Shown: piece after piece, positions 19,980 through 30,383 of the stretch
How positions within the stretch are numbered: position 1 is the stretch's first letter
How the letters are laid out: every line of letters starts with the position of its first letter
DNA from: a bacterium
GTDB lineage: Bacteria > JAHJDO01
Reading direction: 5' to 3'
Assembly (NCBI GenBank): GCA_043824255.1
Contig: JBDRTG010000043.1
Span: 68,472 to 132,471, forward strand
DNA length: 64,000 bases
Made by a program: the position numbers and the translations under genes
Notes under the pieces: generated by a model
The model's database searches: none
The model's input: only the letters and a program-made list of their open reading frames with translations
Told to the model about the DNA's origin: nothing

Positions 19980-22900
19980 ATGCCAAAAAGGACTGATATC
20001 CATAAGATTTTAATTATAGGTTCCGGCCCCATAATTATAGGTCAGGCATGTGAGTTTGACTATTCAGGCACTCAAGCATGTAAAGCACTTAAGGAAGAAG
20101 GGTATGAAGTGGTACTTGTAAACTCTAATCCTGCTACTATTATGACAGACCCTGACACAGCTGATAAAACATACATAGAACCGCTTACTGTGGAAAGTCT
20201 TGAAGAAATTATCAAGAAGGAAAAGCCTGATGCGCTTCTTCCCAACCTAGGAGGGCAGACAGGACTTAATCTTGCATCCAGTCTTTACAGCTCAGGAGTA
20301 TTGAAAAGATATGGAGTTGAACTCATTGGCGTTAAAGCAGACGCTATTGAGCGAGGAGAAGACAGGATTGCATTCAAGAAGACAATGAATAAATTGGGCA
20401 TATCTCTTCCTAGATCTGAGCCATGTTATTCTGTTGAGGAAGCTGAAAATATAGCAGAGAAACTTGGATATCCTGTCGTATTGCGGCCTGCTTATACATT
20501 AGGCGGAACAGGAGGAGGAATTGCATACAATGTAGAAGAGCTGAAAACTATTGTCAGCAGAGGTCTTGCAGTAAGTCTCGTACATCAGGTTCTGGTTGAA
20601 GAATCTGTTTTGGGATGGGAGGAATTAGAGCTTGAGGTTGTAAGGGACCAGAAAAATCAGAAGATTACAGTCTGTTTTATTGAAAATATTGATGCTATGG
20701 GCATACACACAGGAGATAGCTTCTGCTCCGCACCTATGCTCACGGTCCCACAAGCTTTGCAAAAGCGTATGCAGGAGATTTCTTATAAGATTGTTGATGC
20801 TATTGGCGTTATAGGCGGTACAAATGTTCAGCTTGCGCATAATCCTAAGGATGACAGGCTGGTGGTAATAGAGATCAATCCACGAACGTCGCGCTCATCT
20901 GCTCTTGCCTCTAAAGCAACTGGATTTCCAATAGCCCGTATCTCTACAAAGCTTGCTGTTGGTATTACAATGGACGAGATTCCATATTGGAAGAAAGGAA
21001 CCCTTGAGAAATATGAACCCAGTGGAGAGTATGTAGTAATTAAATTTGCGCGCTGGGCTTTTGAAAAGTTTCCAGGAGCAAAGGATATACTTGGAACACA
21101 AATGAAGGCCGTAGGCGAAGTAATGAGCATAGGAAAGACATATAAAGAATCCTTTCAAAAAGCCATCCGCTCTCTTGAGATAAACAGATGTGGTCTTGGC
21201 GGAGCTAAGAACTTTAAAACACTTTCCCTTGAAAGATTGAAAGAGAAATTAGCAACCCCCTCCAGCGAACGTATTTTTCTGATGTATGAGGCGCTGCGCA
21301 AGGGTATGAGTGTAGAAGAACTTTACCAGATGACCTATATTGGACGCTGGTTTATTAAAGAGATGAAGGAACTTGTAGATTTTGAGGAAGAATTAATCAA
21401 AAACATATGGAAAAATCTTCCTGAGAGAAAATTGGCAAAAGCAAAAGAGTGGGGGTTTTCAGATAAATATCTGGCAGGCCTTTTTGAAGTAAAAGAAAAA
21501 GAGGTCAGACAAAAGAGAATCGCCATAGGCAAATGCGGCTGTTTTGAGGCTGTCCCCGTAAGCGGAGTAGAGAATGCTGCTTATTATTATTCCACTTACA
21601 ACGGTAAAGATTCAGTTCCTGTATCATCAAAAAAGAAGATAATGATTTTAGGCGGCGGACCTAATAGAATTGGGCAGGGTATTGAATTTGATTATACGTG
21701 TGTACACGCAGCTTTTGCTTTGCGGGATGAAGGATATGAGTCAATTATGGTTAACTGCAATCCTGAAACCGTATCTACTGATTATGACACTTCAAACAAG
21801 CTTTATTTTGAACCTTTAACAGTTGAAGATGTACTCACAATTTACGAAAAGGAGAAGCCGGAAGGTGTTATTGTTCAGTTTGGCGGACAGACTCCTCTGA
21901 ATATTGCTCAGGAATTAAAGAATAACGGTGTGAAAATTCTTGGGACAACGCCTGAAAGCATACATCTTGCAGAGGATAGAGAGCGTTTTAGAGAAAAAAT
22001 GATTGCTCTTAATATCCTACAGCCGGAGAGCGGCATAGCGCGTTCATTAGACGAAGCTCTTATAACCGCTAATAAGATAGGATATCCTCTTATGGTACGC
22101 CCATCTTATGTGTTAGGAGGGCGTGGAATGCAAATTATTTATGATGAAGCTATGCTGCGGGATTATGCCATTGAAGCTATTCAGGTCAGTCCGGAACATC
22201 CAATGCTTATTGATAGATTTCTTGAGCAGGCTGTAGAGGCAGAAGTTGATGCTATTTCCGATGGAGAAAATACATTTGTAGCAGCTGTTATGGAACATAT
22301 AGAATTAGCAGGTGTTCATTCGGGAGATTCTGCATGCGCCATCCCATCAAGAACTATTAAAAAAGAGCACTTAAATACAATAGAGAAATATACATCAGCA
22401 ATTGCAAAGGAATTAAATGTCGTAGGTTTAATGAATATTCAATATGCAATATGTGATAATAAGGTTTATATACTGGAGGCTAATCCAAGAGCTTCGCGTA
22501 CAGTTCCAGTAGTCTCTAAAGTAACAGGCATAGCAATAGCCCATATAGCAACTCAAATAATGCTGGGTAAGAAGATAAGAGATTTTCCTGAACTAAAACC
22601 TCGCAAGCTTCCTTATGTAGCCGTTAAAGAAGCTGTTTTCCCGTTTAATATGTTTCCGGAAGTAGATCCTTTACTAGGTCCGGAGATGAGAGCTACAGGA
22701 GAGGTTATGGGAATTGGCGATACATTCGGACTTGCTTTTTATAAGGCATCAGAAGCAGCCGGTTCAAAGCTTCCGCTTAAAGGTAATATGCTTTTGACAA
22801 TAGCTGATAAAGATAAACCTTTTTTGATTCCCATTGCTCAGCGGATTAAGAAACTTGGTTTTAATATTTATGCTACAAAAGGCACAGCTAAATTTTTAAA

Positions 22901-23201
22901 AGAGAATAGCATACAGAATACAGAAATAAAAAAATTACATGAAGGAAGGCCAAATATAACTGACGCAGTCAAAAACAAAGAGATCAATCTTATTATCAAT
23001 ACACCTGTTGGACGCAGCGGGAAGCATGATGACAGTTATATTCGCAGAACTGCAATACAGCACAGGATTCCCTATATTACTTCGATAACGGCTGCAGAAG
23101 CCAGTATTGAAGGGATTGAATCTGTGACTAAAACCAGAAGTTTACCAAGGTCACTTCAGGATTATCTCAAGAAACTTATTAAAGTTAGAGAACAAGAATA
23201 A
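19980..23201 (+). CDS. carB: Carbamoyl-phosphate synthase large subunit
   Basis: GSGPIIIGQACEFDYSG, NSNPATIMTD, second GPNRIGQGIEFDY, MGS-like tail; 1073 aa. Confidence 0.98.
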   Translation: MPKRTDIHKILIIGSGPIIIGQACEFDYSGTQACKALKEEGYEVVLVNSNPATIMTDPDTADKTYIEPLTVESLEEIIKKEKPDALLPNLGGQTGLNLASSLYSSGVLKRYGVELIGVKADAIERGEDRIAFKKTMNKLGISLPRSEPCYSVEEAENIAEKLGYPVVLRPAYTLGGTGGGIAYNVEELKTIVSRGLAVSLVHQVLVEESVLGWEELELEVVRDQKNQKITVCFIENIDAMGIHTGDSFCSAPMLTVPQALQKRMQEISYKIVDAIGVIGGTNVQLAHNPKDDRLVVIEINPRTSRSSALASKATGFPIARISTKLAVGITMDEIPYWKKGTLEKYEPSGEYVVIKFARWAFEKFPGAKDILGTQMKAVGEVMSIGKTYKESFQKAIRSLEINRCGLGGAKNFKTLSLERLKEKLATPSSERIFLMYEALRKGMSVEELYQMTYIGRWFIKEMKELVDFEEELIKNIWKNLPERKLAKAKEWGFSDKYLAGLFEVKEKEVRQKRIAIGKCGCFEAVPVSGVENAAYYYSTYNGKDSVPVSSKKKIMILGGGPNRIGQGIEFDYTCVHAAFALRDEGYESIMVNCNPETVSTDYDTSNKLYFEPLTVEDVLTIYEKEKPEGVIVQFGGQTPLNIAQELKNNGVKILGTTPESIHLAEDRERFREKMIALNILQPESGIARSLDEALITANKIGYPLMVRPSYVLGGRGMQIIYDEAMLRDYAIEAIQVSPEHPMLIDRFLEQAVEAEVDAISDGENTFVAAVMEHIELAGVHSGDSACAIPSRTIKKEHLNTIEKYTSAIAKELNVVGLMNIQYAICDNKVYILEANPRASRTVPVVSKVTGIAIAHIATQIMLGKKIRDFPELKPRKLPYVAVKEAVFPFNMFPEVDPLLGPEMRATGEVMGIGDTFGLAFYKASEAAGSKLPLKGNMLLTIADKDKPFLIPIAQRIKKLGFNIYATKGTAKFLKENSIQNTEIKKLHEGRPNITDAVKNKEINLIINTPVGRSGKHDDSYIRRTAIQHRIPYITSITAAEASIEGIESVTKTRSLPRSLQDYLKKLIKVREQE

Positions 23202-23219
23202 ATAAAAGGAGCACATAAA

Positions 23220-24611
23220 ATGGATGGGATATTTGGAGTTGCCTTAAAAGAGGATTGTCAGGAGGTTTTATTTTACGGAACAGATTATCATTCTCATTTA
23301 GGAACAGAATATGGAGGGCTGGCAGTATTAGGAAAAAGATTGGTTAGAAAGATTCACGCAATTAGCGGAGGACAGTTTAAAAGCAGATTTTATGAAGATT
23401 ATAAGAAAATGAAAGGGAAATCCGGCATTGGGGTGATATCTACAAGAGAAGAACAGCCTATATATCTAAATTCAAAATTTGGCCACTTCTGTATTGTTAG
23501 TAATGGTTTAATCACTAATTCGGATGGTTTGACTAAGGATTTGCGCAGGCAGGGAATTTCATTTAGTGAAACAGCTAAAAAAGGAGTAAACAGTACAGAA
23601 CTAGTTGCAAAATTAGTAAACCAGGGCAGGAGTTTAGTGCATGGAATAGAAAATTACTTTAAAAGAATTAAGGGCTCCTGTTCTATCCTAATCTTACATA
23701 AGGACGGTATCTATATTGCAAGGGATAAACTAGGATATTCTCCTTTAATTATAGGTAAATCAAAGGAAGGCTGGGCAGTAACTACAGAAACTTCTGCTTT
23801 TTTTAACTTAGGGTTTAGTATAGAAAGATATGTTAAGCCGGGTGAAATACTGCTTTTAAAGCCCACTGGATTTAAGGTTCTCAAAGAAGAGGAGCCGCAT
23901 CAAAAGACAGATACGTTTTTATGGATCTATACTGGTTTTCCTGCATCAAATTATGAGGGTATAAATACAGAAGAAGTAAGAGAGCGTTGCGGAAAATTTT
24001 TGGCAAAAAGGGACAACGTTGAAGCAGATTTGGTAGCAGGAGTTCCGGACTCAGGAACTACGCATGCTATTGGTTATTCCATTGAATCAAGAATACCTTT
24101 TAGGCGTCCTCTGGTTAAATATAATCCCGGCTATGGCAGAAGCTACATTCCGCCGTCTCAAAGCATAAGAGACCATATTGCTAAAATGAAGCTGATTCCA
24201 ATTAAAGAGATAATTAAAGGGAACAGGATCATTTTATGTGAAGATTCAATTGTAAGGGGTACTCAGCTTAAAAACTATACTATCCAGAAGTTGTGGGAAA
24301 GCGGGGCAAAGGAAATTCATGTCAGGGTTGCGTGCCCGCCTTTATTGTTTCCTTCTAAATTCGATTATTCTACCAAGAAGAAAGAAGAACTGGTTGCCAG
24401 ACGTACAATAAAAGCTTTAGAAGGCAAGGATATTAAAGATATGAGCGAATACATTGATTCCAATTCAAAAAAACACAAAAAAATGGTAGATTGTATTGCA
24501 AAAGAATTGGACGTTACCAGCTTAAAATACCAAACCCTTGAAGACATGGTAAAAGCAATAGGATTGCCCGAAGAAAAACTTTGTCTTTATGTATGGACTG
24601 GGAAGGTTTAA
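23220..24611 (+). CDS. purF: Amidophosphoribosyltransferase-like protein lacking the N-terminal catalytic Cys
   Basis: [28 protein letters not shown] loop, VACPP. N-terminus is MDGIFG, not MCGIFG. Confidence 0.9.
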   Translation: MDGIFGVALKEDCQEVLFYGTDYHSHLGTEYGGLAVLGKRLVRKIHAISGGQFKSRFYEDYKKMKGKSGIGVISTREEQPIYLNSKFGHFCIVSNGLITNSDGLTKDLRRQGISFSETAKKGVNSTELVAKLVNQGRSLVHGIENYFKRIKGSCSILILHKDGIYIARDKLGYSPLIIGKSKEGWAVTTETSAFFNLGFSIERYVKPGEILLLKPTGFKVLKEEEPHQKTDTFLWIYTGFPASNYEGINTEEVRERCGKFLAKRDNVEADLVAGVPDSGTTHAIGYSIESRIPFRRPLVKYNPGYGRSYIPPSQSIRDHIAKMKLIPIKEIIKGNRIILCEDSIVRGTQLKNYTIQKLWESGAKEIHVRVACPPLLFPSKFDYSTKKKEELVARRTIKALEGKDIKDMSEYIDSNSKKHKKMVDCIAKELDVTSLKYQTLEDMVKAIGLPEEKLCLYVWTGKV

Positions 24612-26128
24612 TGATTAAAAAAATAGGTTTTGATAATGAGAAGTATCTAAAGGAGCAGACTAAGGCTATTCTTGAGAGAGTTGAGAGGTCTGATAATAAA
24701 TTGTATCTTGAGTTTGGCGGAAAGCTTGTCTTTGACTTTCATGCTTCAAGGGTTCTCCCAGGCTTTGACCCCAATGTGAAGATACGGCTCTTGCAGCAAT
24801 TAAAGGATAAGGCAGATATATTGCTCTGTATTTATGCCGGTGATATTGAAAGAAAAAAAGTAAGAGCAGACTTCGGAATTACATACGATGCTGCGGTACT
24901 CAAATCAATTGATGATTTAAAGGATTGGGGTATTGATATACTGGCAGTTGTAATAACACGTTTTGAAGATCAGCCGGCAACTATAATATTTAAGAACAAA
25001 TTAGAGCGCAGAAACATAAAGGTTTATACCCATACATTTACAAAGGGATATCCCACGGATGTAAATTTAATTGTAAGTGATAAAGGTTATGGGGCAAACG
25101 CGTATATTAAGACTAAAAAACCTCTTGTCATAGTTACCGGGCCAGGCCCCGGCAGTGGGAAATTAGCAACGTGTCTTTCTCAATTGTATCATGATTATAA
25201 GAGAGGGATGAAAAATGGATATGCAAAATTTGAAACATTTCCTATATGGAATCTACCGCTTAAACATCCGGTGAATGCGGCTTATGAAGCAGCAACAGCA
25301 GATTTAAGGGATTTTAATATGATAGATTCCTTTCATCTTGAAGCATACAACAAGGTAGCTGTGAACTATAACAGGGATGTAGAGGTGTTTCCTGTGCTTA
25401 AGAGAATATTAGAGAAGATAACCGGATCTGAGTCAATATATAAGTCACCTACGGATATGGGTGTAAACAGAGCTGGTTTTGGAATTATAGATGACGAAAT
25501 AGTAAAACACGCTGCAGAGCAGGAAGTAGTAAGAAGATATTTTAGATGTGCCTGCGAATATGTAATGGGTCTTGTGGATAAGGAAACTGTGCAAAGGGTG
25601 GAGCTCATTATGGAGGATCTTAATCTTAAGCCGGAGGATAGGCTGGTGGTTGTGCCAGCACGAAAGGCTATTGAAGATGCTCAACAAAGAGGAGAGGGTA
25701 ATGAAGGAGTCTTTTGCGGTGCGGCAATAGAATTAAAAGACGGCTTAATCATTACAGGGAAAAACTCCTCTCTTATGCATGCAACATCAAGTCTTATTCT
25801 GAATGCTGTAAAAGAGCTGGCGGAAATTCCCGATAAGATACATCTTCTGTCTCCGAACATAATAGATTCCATAGGTAATCTTAAAAAGAATATTTTAAAT
25901 ACGAAAGCAGTGAGCCTGAATCTGGAAGAAACCTTAATTGCCCTTTCTATAAGCGCAACTACGAACCCAACCTCTCAGCTGGCTATGGAGAAGCTAGGGG
26001 AACTTAAGGGCTGCGAAATACATATGACACATATTCCAACCCCTGGTGATGAAGCAGGGTTAAGAAAATTGGGGGTTAATACTACCAGCGACCCCGATTT
26101 TTCCACAAAGACGCTTTTTGTTGAATAA
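24611..26128 (+). CDS. DUF1846 (UPF0371) P-loop protein
   Basis: [54 protein letters not shown] coupling with purF. Confidence 0.9.
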   Translation: MIKKIGFDNEKYLKEQTKAILERVERSDNKLYLEFGGKLVFDFHASRVLPGFDPNVKIRLLQQLKDKADILLCIYAGDIERKKVRADFGITYDAAVLKSIDDLKDWGIDILAVVITRFEDQPATIIFKNKLERRNIKVYTHTFTKGYPTDVNLIVSDKGYGANAYIKTKKPLVIVTGPGPGSGKLATCLSQLYHDYKRGMKNGYAKFETFPIWNLPLKHPVNAAYEAATADLRDFNMIDSFHLEAYNKVAVNYNRDVEVFPVLKRILEKITGSESIYKSPTDMGVNRAGFGIIDDEIVKHAAEQEVVRRYFRCACEYVMGLVDKETVQRVELIMEDLNLKPEDRLVVVPARKAIEDAQQRGEGNEGVFCGAAIELKDGLIITGKNSSLMHATSSLILNAVKELAEIPDKIHLLSPNIIDSIGNLKKNILNTKAVSLNLEETLIALSISATTNPTSQLAMEKLGELKGCEIHMTHIPTPGDEAGLRKLGVNTTSDPDFSTKTLFVE

Positions 26129-26178
26129 AGTAATTTTTTTAGAATAGGAATAAAAATTTAAAAAAAGGAGGGCGCATA

Positions 26179-28419
26179 ATGGAGAGTGCAGTTAAAGTTG
26201 ATGTGGAAGTAGCAAAGGATTTAGGGCTTACTGAGCAGGAGTTTGAACAGATCAAAAAACTTTTAGGCAGAGAGCCGAATTTTACAGAATTAGGGGTTTT
26301 TTCAGCTATGTGGAGCGAACATTGCAGTTACAAGAATTCACGCAAGTTGTTCAAACTTTTCCCAACTAAAGGTAAACAGGTGTTAATTGGTGCAGGTGAG
26401 GAAAATACCGGAATTGTTGATATAGGCGACGGATTGGGCGTTGCCTTCAAGATAGAATCGCATAACCATCCTTCGGCAGTGGAACCATTCGAGGCATCTG
26501 CTACAGGTATAGGCGGATGTTTGAGGGACATATTTACAGTAGGAGCAAGACCTGTTGCAGTGTTAGGTGCATTGAGATTCGGAAGTTTGGATAATGAAAA
26601 AGTTAAATTCTTATTTAAAGAGGTAATCAGGGGACTGGCTCATTATGCTAATACTGCAGAGGTTAGTGCTGTTGGTGGTGACAGCTATTTTGACGAAAGT
26701 TATGAAGGTAATCCTTTGGTTAATGCTTTTGCTGTAGGTATTGTAAAACATAAAGATATTGCAAGAGGCGCTGCGTCTGGAATAGGGAATCTCATATATT
26801 ACATAGGAGGAGACACAGGCAGAGACGGGGTAGGTGGAGCGAGTTTTGCATCCCAGGAAATTACTGAGGAATCTGCCTCTGATACGAGCAGTGTTGCTAT
26901 AGGTAACGCAGAGCTTGGGAAACGCTTGAGAGAGGTGTGTCTGGAACTAATAGAAAAAGGCCTCATTGTTGGAATGCAGGATATGGGAGCGGCAGGGCTT
27001 ACCTGCTCATCCTGCGAAACAGCCTCAAGAAGCAGGACTGGTATTGAGATAGATGTTGCCTTAGTTCCTCAAAGAGAAAAAGGAATGACCCCTTATGAAA
27101 TCCTTTTGTCTGAATCTCAGGAAAGAATGCTTGCTATATTAAAAGACGGAAAGGAAAAAGAGGCATTAGATATATTGAAAAAATGGAACATCAACGCAGT
27201 AAAAATCGGGAAGGTTACAGATGATAGAATGATGAGGGTTAAAGAAAACGGAATAGTGGTTTGCGAAATTCCGCCACAGGCTCTTACAGAAAGAGCGCCT
27301 TTGTATGATAGAGATGCTAAAGAGCCTTCTTACTTAAAAGATGCTCAAAATCTGGATAGAAAATCCATAATCGAACCTGACGATTTTAATAAAGTGTTGT
27401 TGCAACTGCTTGATTCTCCGACTATTGCAAGCAAAGAATCAGCATATAAAAACTTTACTGCTATAGACAAGGATGAAGTTATAGTAGGAGCAGGTTCAGA
27501 TGCAGCTGTAGTTAAAATTAAGGGCACTAAAAAGGCTTTAGCAATAAGTGTGGATTGCAACGGGAGATATTGCTATCTAAATCCTTATAATGGTGCGATG
27601 ATGGCTGTTGCAGAAGCAGCGAGAAATATAGTCTGTTCTGGTGGAAGACCTCTTGCTATCACCGACGGCTTGAATTTCGGTAGCCCGATGAAGCCTGAAA
27701 ATTACTGGCAATTTAAAAAATGTATAGAAGGACTTTCCTCCGCGTGCAGAGCTTTAGACACACCTGTTGTAAGTGGTAATGTAAGTTTCTATAATGAGAA
27801 TCCTAAAGGAGCGATAGATCCGACCCCCATGGTAGGTATGGTAGGATTGATAGACGATGCAAACAAGCATATTACCCAGGAATTCAAGAATGAGGGCGAT
27901 GTAATAGTTCTTTTAGGTGAAAACAAGGCCGACCTTTCGGGAAGTGAATATTTATATCTGATTCACAACCAGAAAAAAGGCAACCCTCAGATAGATATAC
28001 AAATAGAGAAGTCCGTTCAGAAAGCATGCCTTGAGGCAATTGAAGCAGGTATTATTAATTCCGCTCATGATTGTTCGGAAGGTGGACTGGCTGTAACTTT
28101 GACTGAATCATGCATCTCAAATTTAAACAAAATGCTTGGTGCTGTAATAGAATTGGATGGCTTAAAAAACAATGATATAAGAATGGATGAAATTTTATTT
28201 GGAGAAGCGCCTTCCAGAATAGTGGTTTCTCTAAATAAGGATAAAATGGAGCTTCTTGAAAAAATAGCTCAGAAACATTCTATTGCATACACTATTCTTG
28301 GAGAGGTCAGTGGAGAAAATCTGGCAATCAAAGACAATCAGGAAAACATAGTAGATATTTCTGTTAAAGTATTAAGCAATACATGGAGGAACGCAATTCC
28401 TTCAAGATTAGAAAAATAA
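26179..28419 (+). CDS. purL: FGAM synthase subunit PurL (small type)
   Basis: MWSEHCSYK, ESHNHPS, QDMGAAGL, SESQERM, NFGSP, SGNVSFYN, AHDCSEGG. Confidence 0.95.
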   Translation: MESAVKVDVEVAKDLGLTEQEFEQIKKLLGREPNFTELGVFSAMWSEHCSYKNSRKLFKLFPTKGKQVLIGAGEENTGIVDIGDGLGVAFKIESHNHPSAVEPFEASATGIGGCLRDIFTVGARPVAVLGALRFGSLDNEKVKFLFKEVIRGLAHYANTAEVSAVGGDSYFDESYEGNPLVNAFAVGIVKHKDIARGAASGIGNLIYYIGGDTGRDGVGGASFASQEITEESASDTSSVAIGNAELGKRLREVCLELIEKGLIVGMQDMGAAGLTCSSCETASRSRTGIEIDVALVPQREKGMTPYEILLSESQERMLAILKDGKEKEALDILKKWNINAVKIGKVTDDRMMRVKENGIVVCEIPPQALTERAPLYDRDAKEPSYLKDAQNLDRKSIIEPDDFNKVLLQLLDSPTIASKESAYKNFTAIDKDEVIVGAGSDAAVVKIKGTKKALAISVDCNGRYCYLNPYNGAMMAVAEAARNIVCSGGRPLAITDGLNFGSPMKPENYWQFKKCIEGLSSACRALDTPVVSGNVSFYNENPKGAIDPTPMVGMVGLIDDANKHITQEFKNEGDVIVLLGENKADLSGSEYLYLIHNQKKGNPQIDIQIEKSVQKACLEAIEAGIINSAHDCSEGGLAVTLTESCISNLNKMLGAVIELDGLKNNDIRMDEILFGEAPSRIVVSLNKDKMELLEKIAQKHSIAYTILGEVSGENLAIKDNQENIVDISVKVLSNTWRNAIPSRLEK

Positions 28420-28439
28420 AAAGAAAGGGTGATATAACA

Positions 28440-29210
28440 ATGCAACAAGTAAAAGTAATCCCATGTCTGGATATAAAAGACGGACGAGTAGTTAAAGGCG
28501 TAAAGTTTGTTGAATTAAAAGATGCACGTGATCCTGTAGAAGCAGCAACTGCTTATTGTGACGCAGGTGCGGATGAACTTGTTTTTTTAGATATAGCCGC
28601 TTCTGTTGAAACAAGAGCCACACGCATGGATTGGGTAAAGAAGGTAAAAGAGGTAACAACCGTGCCCTTTTGTGTTGGTGGGGGCATAAGGAATTTAGAC
28701 GATATGCAAACTCTTTTTGATATAGGAGTAAACAAAGTCTCTATTAATACATCTGCTGTTAAAAATCCCTCTTTAATCAAAGATGCTGTTGAAAAATTTG
28801 GCAAAGAAAGAATTGTTGTTGCTATTGACGGGAAGAAAAATCCACCTGAGGGTAGCCGTCCGAGATTAGAGCTCCTGATTATGGGGGGAGTGGAGTCGAC
28901 TGGTCTGGATGTGGTTGAATGGGCAAAAAAGGTGGAACAGTTAGGCGCAGGAGAAATTCTCCTGACCAGCAAGGATGTGGATGGTACAAAAGAAGGGTAT
29001 GATATTGAGATGACCAAGGCAGTAGCAGAAGCCGTCTCAATTCCTGTTACCGCCTCAGGCGGGGCGGGGAAATTAGAGGACCTTTATGAAGTCATAATCC
29101 AGGCTAAAGCAGCCAATGTCCTATGCGCTTCAGTATTTCATTTTGGAGAGCTCACAATCCAAGAAGTAAAAAAATATCTAAAGGGAAGAGGTATAGCGGT
29201 CAGGGCATAA
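28440..29210 (+). CDS. hisF: Imidazole glycerol phosphate synthase cyclase subunit
   Basis: IPCLDIKDGRVVKG, DELVFLDI, VGGGI, GAGEILLTS, ASGGAG, ASVFH. ATG 28440 follows an AAGGGTGA RBS. Confidence 0.95.
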   Translation: MQQVKVIPCLDIKDGRVVKGVKFVELKDARDPVEAATAYCDAGADELVFLDIAASVETRATRMDWVKKVKEVTTVPFCVGGGIRNLDDMQTLFDIGVNKVSINTSAVKNPSLIKDAVEKFGKERIVVAIDGKKNPPEGSRPRLELLIMGGVESTGLDVVEWAKKVEQLGAGEILLTSKDVDGTKEGYDIEMTKAVAEAVSIPVTASGGAGKLEDLYEVIIQAKAANVLCASVFHFGELTIQEVKKYLKGRGIAVRA

Positions 29211-29238
29211 TAGCTACTATACTTGCAACTTTTTTACA

Positions 29239-30363
29239 CTAAAATATTTCATCTACGATTGTTTTTACATATCTACCAATTGCAGGTGAAGATGTTAGCC
29301 CTGGAGACTCAATCCCGATAAGGTTAATAAGACCAGGTAATTTTCTCTCTTTCTCATGTACAATTACAAAGTCCTTTATTGGCTCTCCACGTTTTTGGAT
29401 CTTGGGGTGGATACCCGCCATATCAGGAGATAGATCGCTTAGTTTAATAAAAGGCAAGAAAGTTTTCGTTGATTCATAAAATAGTTGTTTGTTGGTTTCG
29501 TCTACATCGTAATCAATGGTGTCAATAAAGTAGTCATAGGGGCCTAATTTTACCATCCCTTGCAGGTCAGGAACAGTATGGATCCCTACATAACCTGGCT
29601 TTGGAGGAGAAGGATAGATAAGCCTGTGAGCAAGTTTATCTTTAGATCCACTAACGCTGAAGTATTCTCCTTTGCAATAATTGATACGATAGTTTGCGCT
29701 ATCAATATCAATACCAACAAGCGCGGCAATATTCCCTGATTCTAATCCTGCGCTATTAATGAGAATTCTCGTAAAGAGATTTAGCATTTCTCCATCTGTA
29801 TCCTGAATGCCTACCTGATAGCCTCCAGATACTTTCTCTATCAACTTGACTTCACAACTGTAGGCAATTGTTGCATTATTATTATTAGCTGTAGTCTCAA
29901 AATATCTCATTAAGCTATGAGAGTCAATAATTCCTGAGGAAGGGCAAAGGATTGCCGCCTTGGCTCTAACATTGGGCTCAAGGTCATGAACTTCCTTTGA
30001 AGATATTATTCTTAAGTCCCTTGCCCCATTTTCTCTTCCTTTTTCTAAAAGTTCTTCCAGATCTCTTATCTCCTTTTCATTTGTGGCAACAATTAACTTA
30101 CCAATAGGATTATAGGGAATATTATTTTCTTTACAGATTTGATAGAGCAAAATGTTCCCTTCTACGCAGAGTTTGGCTTTAAGAGAACCCTTGGGATAGT
30201 AAATTCCGGCATGAATGACTTCGCTATTACGACTACTTGTCTCTTTCCCAAAACCAATATGTTTTTCTACAATAAAAACATTTCTATCCTTCTTTGCCAC
30301 TTGCGCCGCAATAGACAGACCAACAACGCCTGCTCCGATTATTATAATATCTGTTTCTTCCAT
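29239..30363 (-). CDS. FAD-dependent oxidoreductase, L-2-hydroxyglutarate oxidase-like
   Basis: IIGAGVVG, ETSSRNSEVIHAGIYY, GIESPGLTSS. Confidence 0.88.
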   Translation of the reverse strand: MEETDIIIIGAGVVGLSIAAQVAKKDRNVFIVEKHIGFGKETSSRNSEVIHAGIYYPKGSLKAKLCVEGNILLYQICKENNIPYNPIGKLIVATNEKEIRDLEELLEKGRENGARDLRIISSKEVHDLEPNVRAKAAILCPSSGIIDSHSLMRYFETTANNNNATIAYSCEVKLIEKVSGGYQVGIQDTDGEMLNLFTRILINSAGLESGNIAALVGIDIDSANYRINYCKGEYFSVSGSKDKLAHRLIYPSPPKPGYVGIHTVPDLQGMVKLGPYDYFIDTIDYDVDETNKQLFYESTKTFLPFIKLSDLSPDMAGIHPKIQKRGEPIKDFVIVHEKERKLPGLINLIGIESPGLTSSPAIGRYVKTIVDEIF

Positions 30364-30383
30364 TTGCTCTCTTCTATTTTAGT

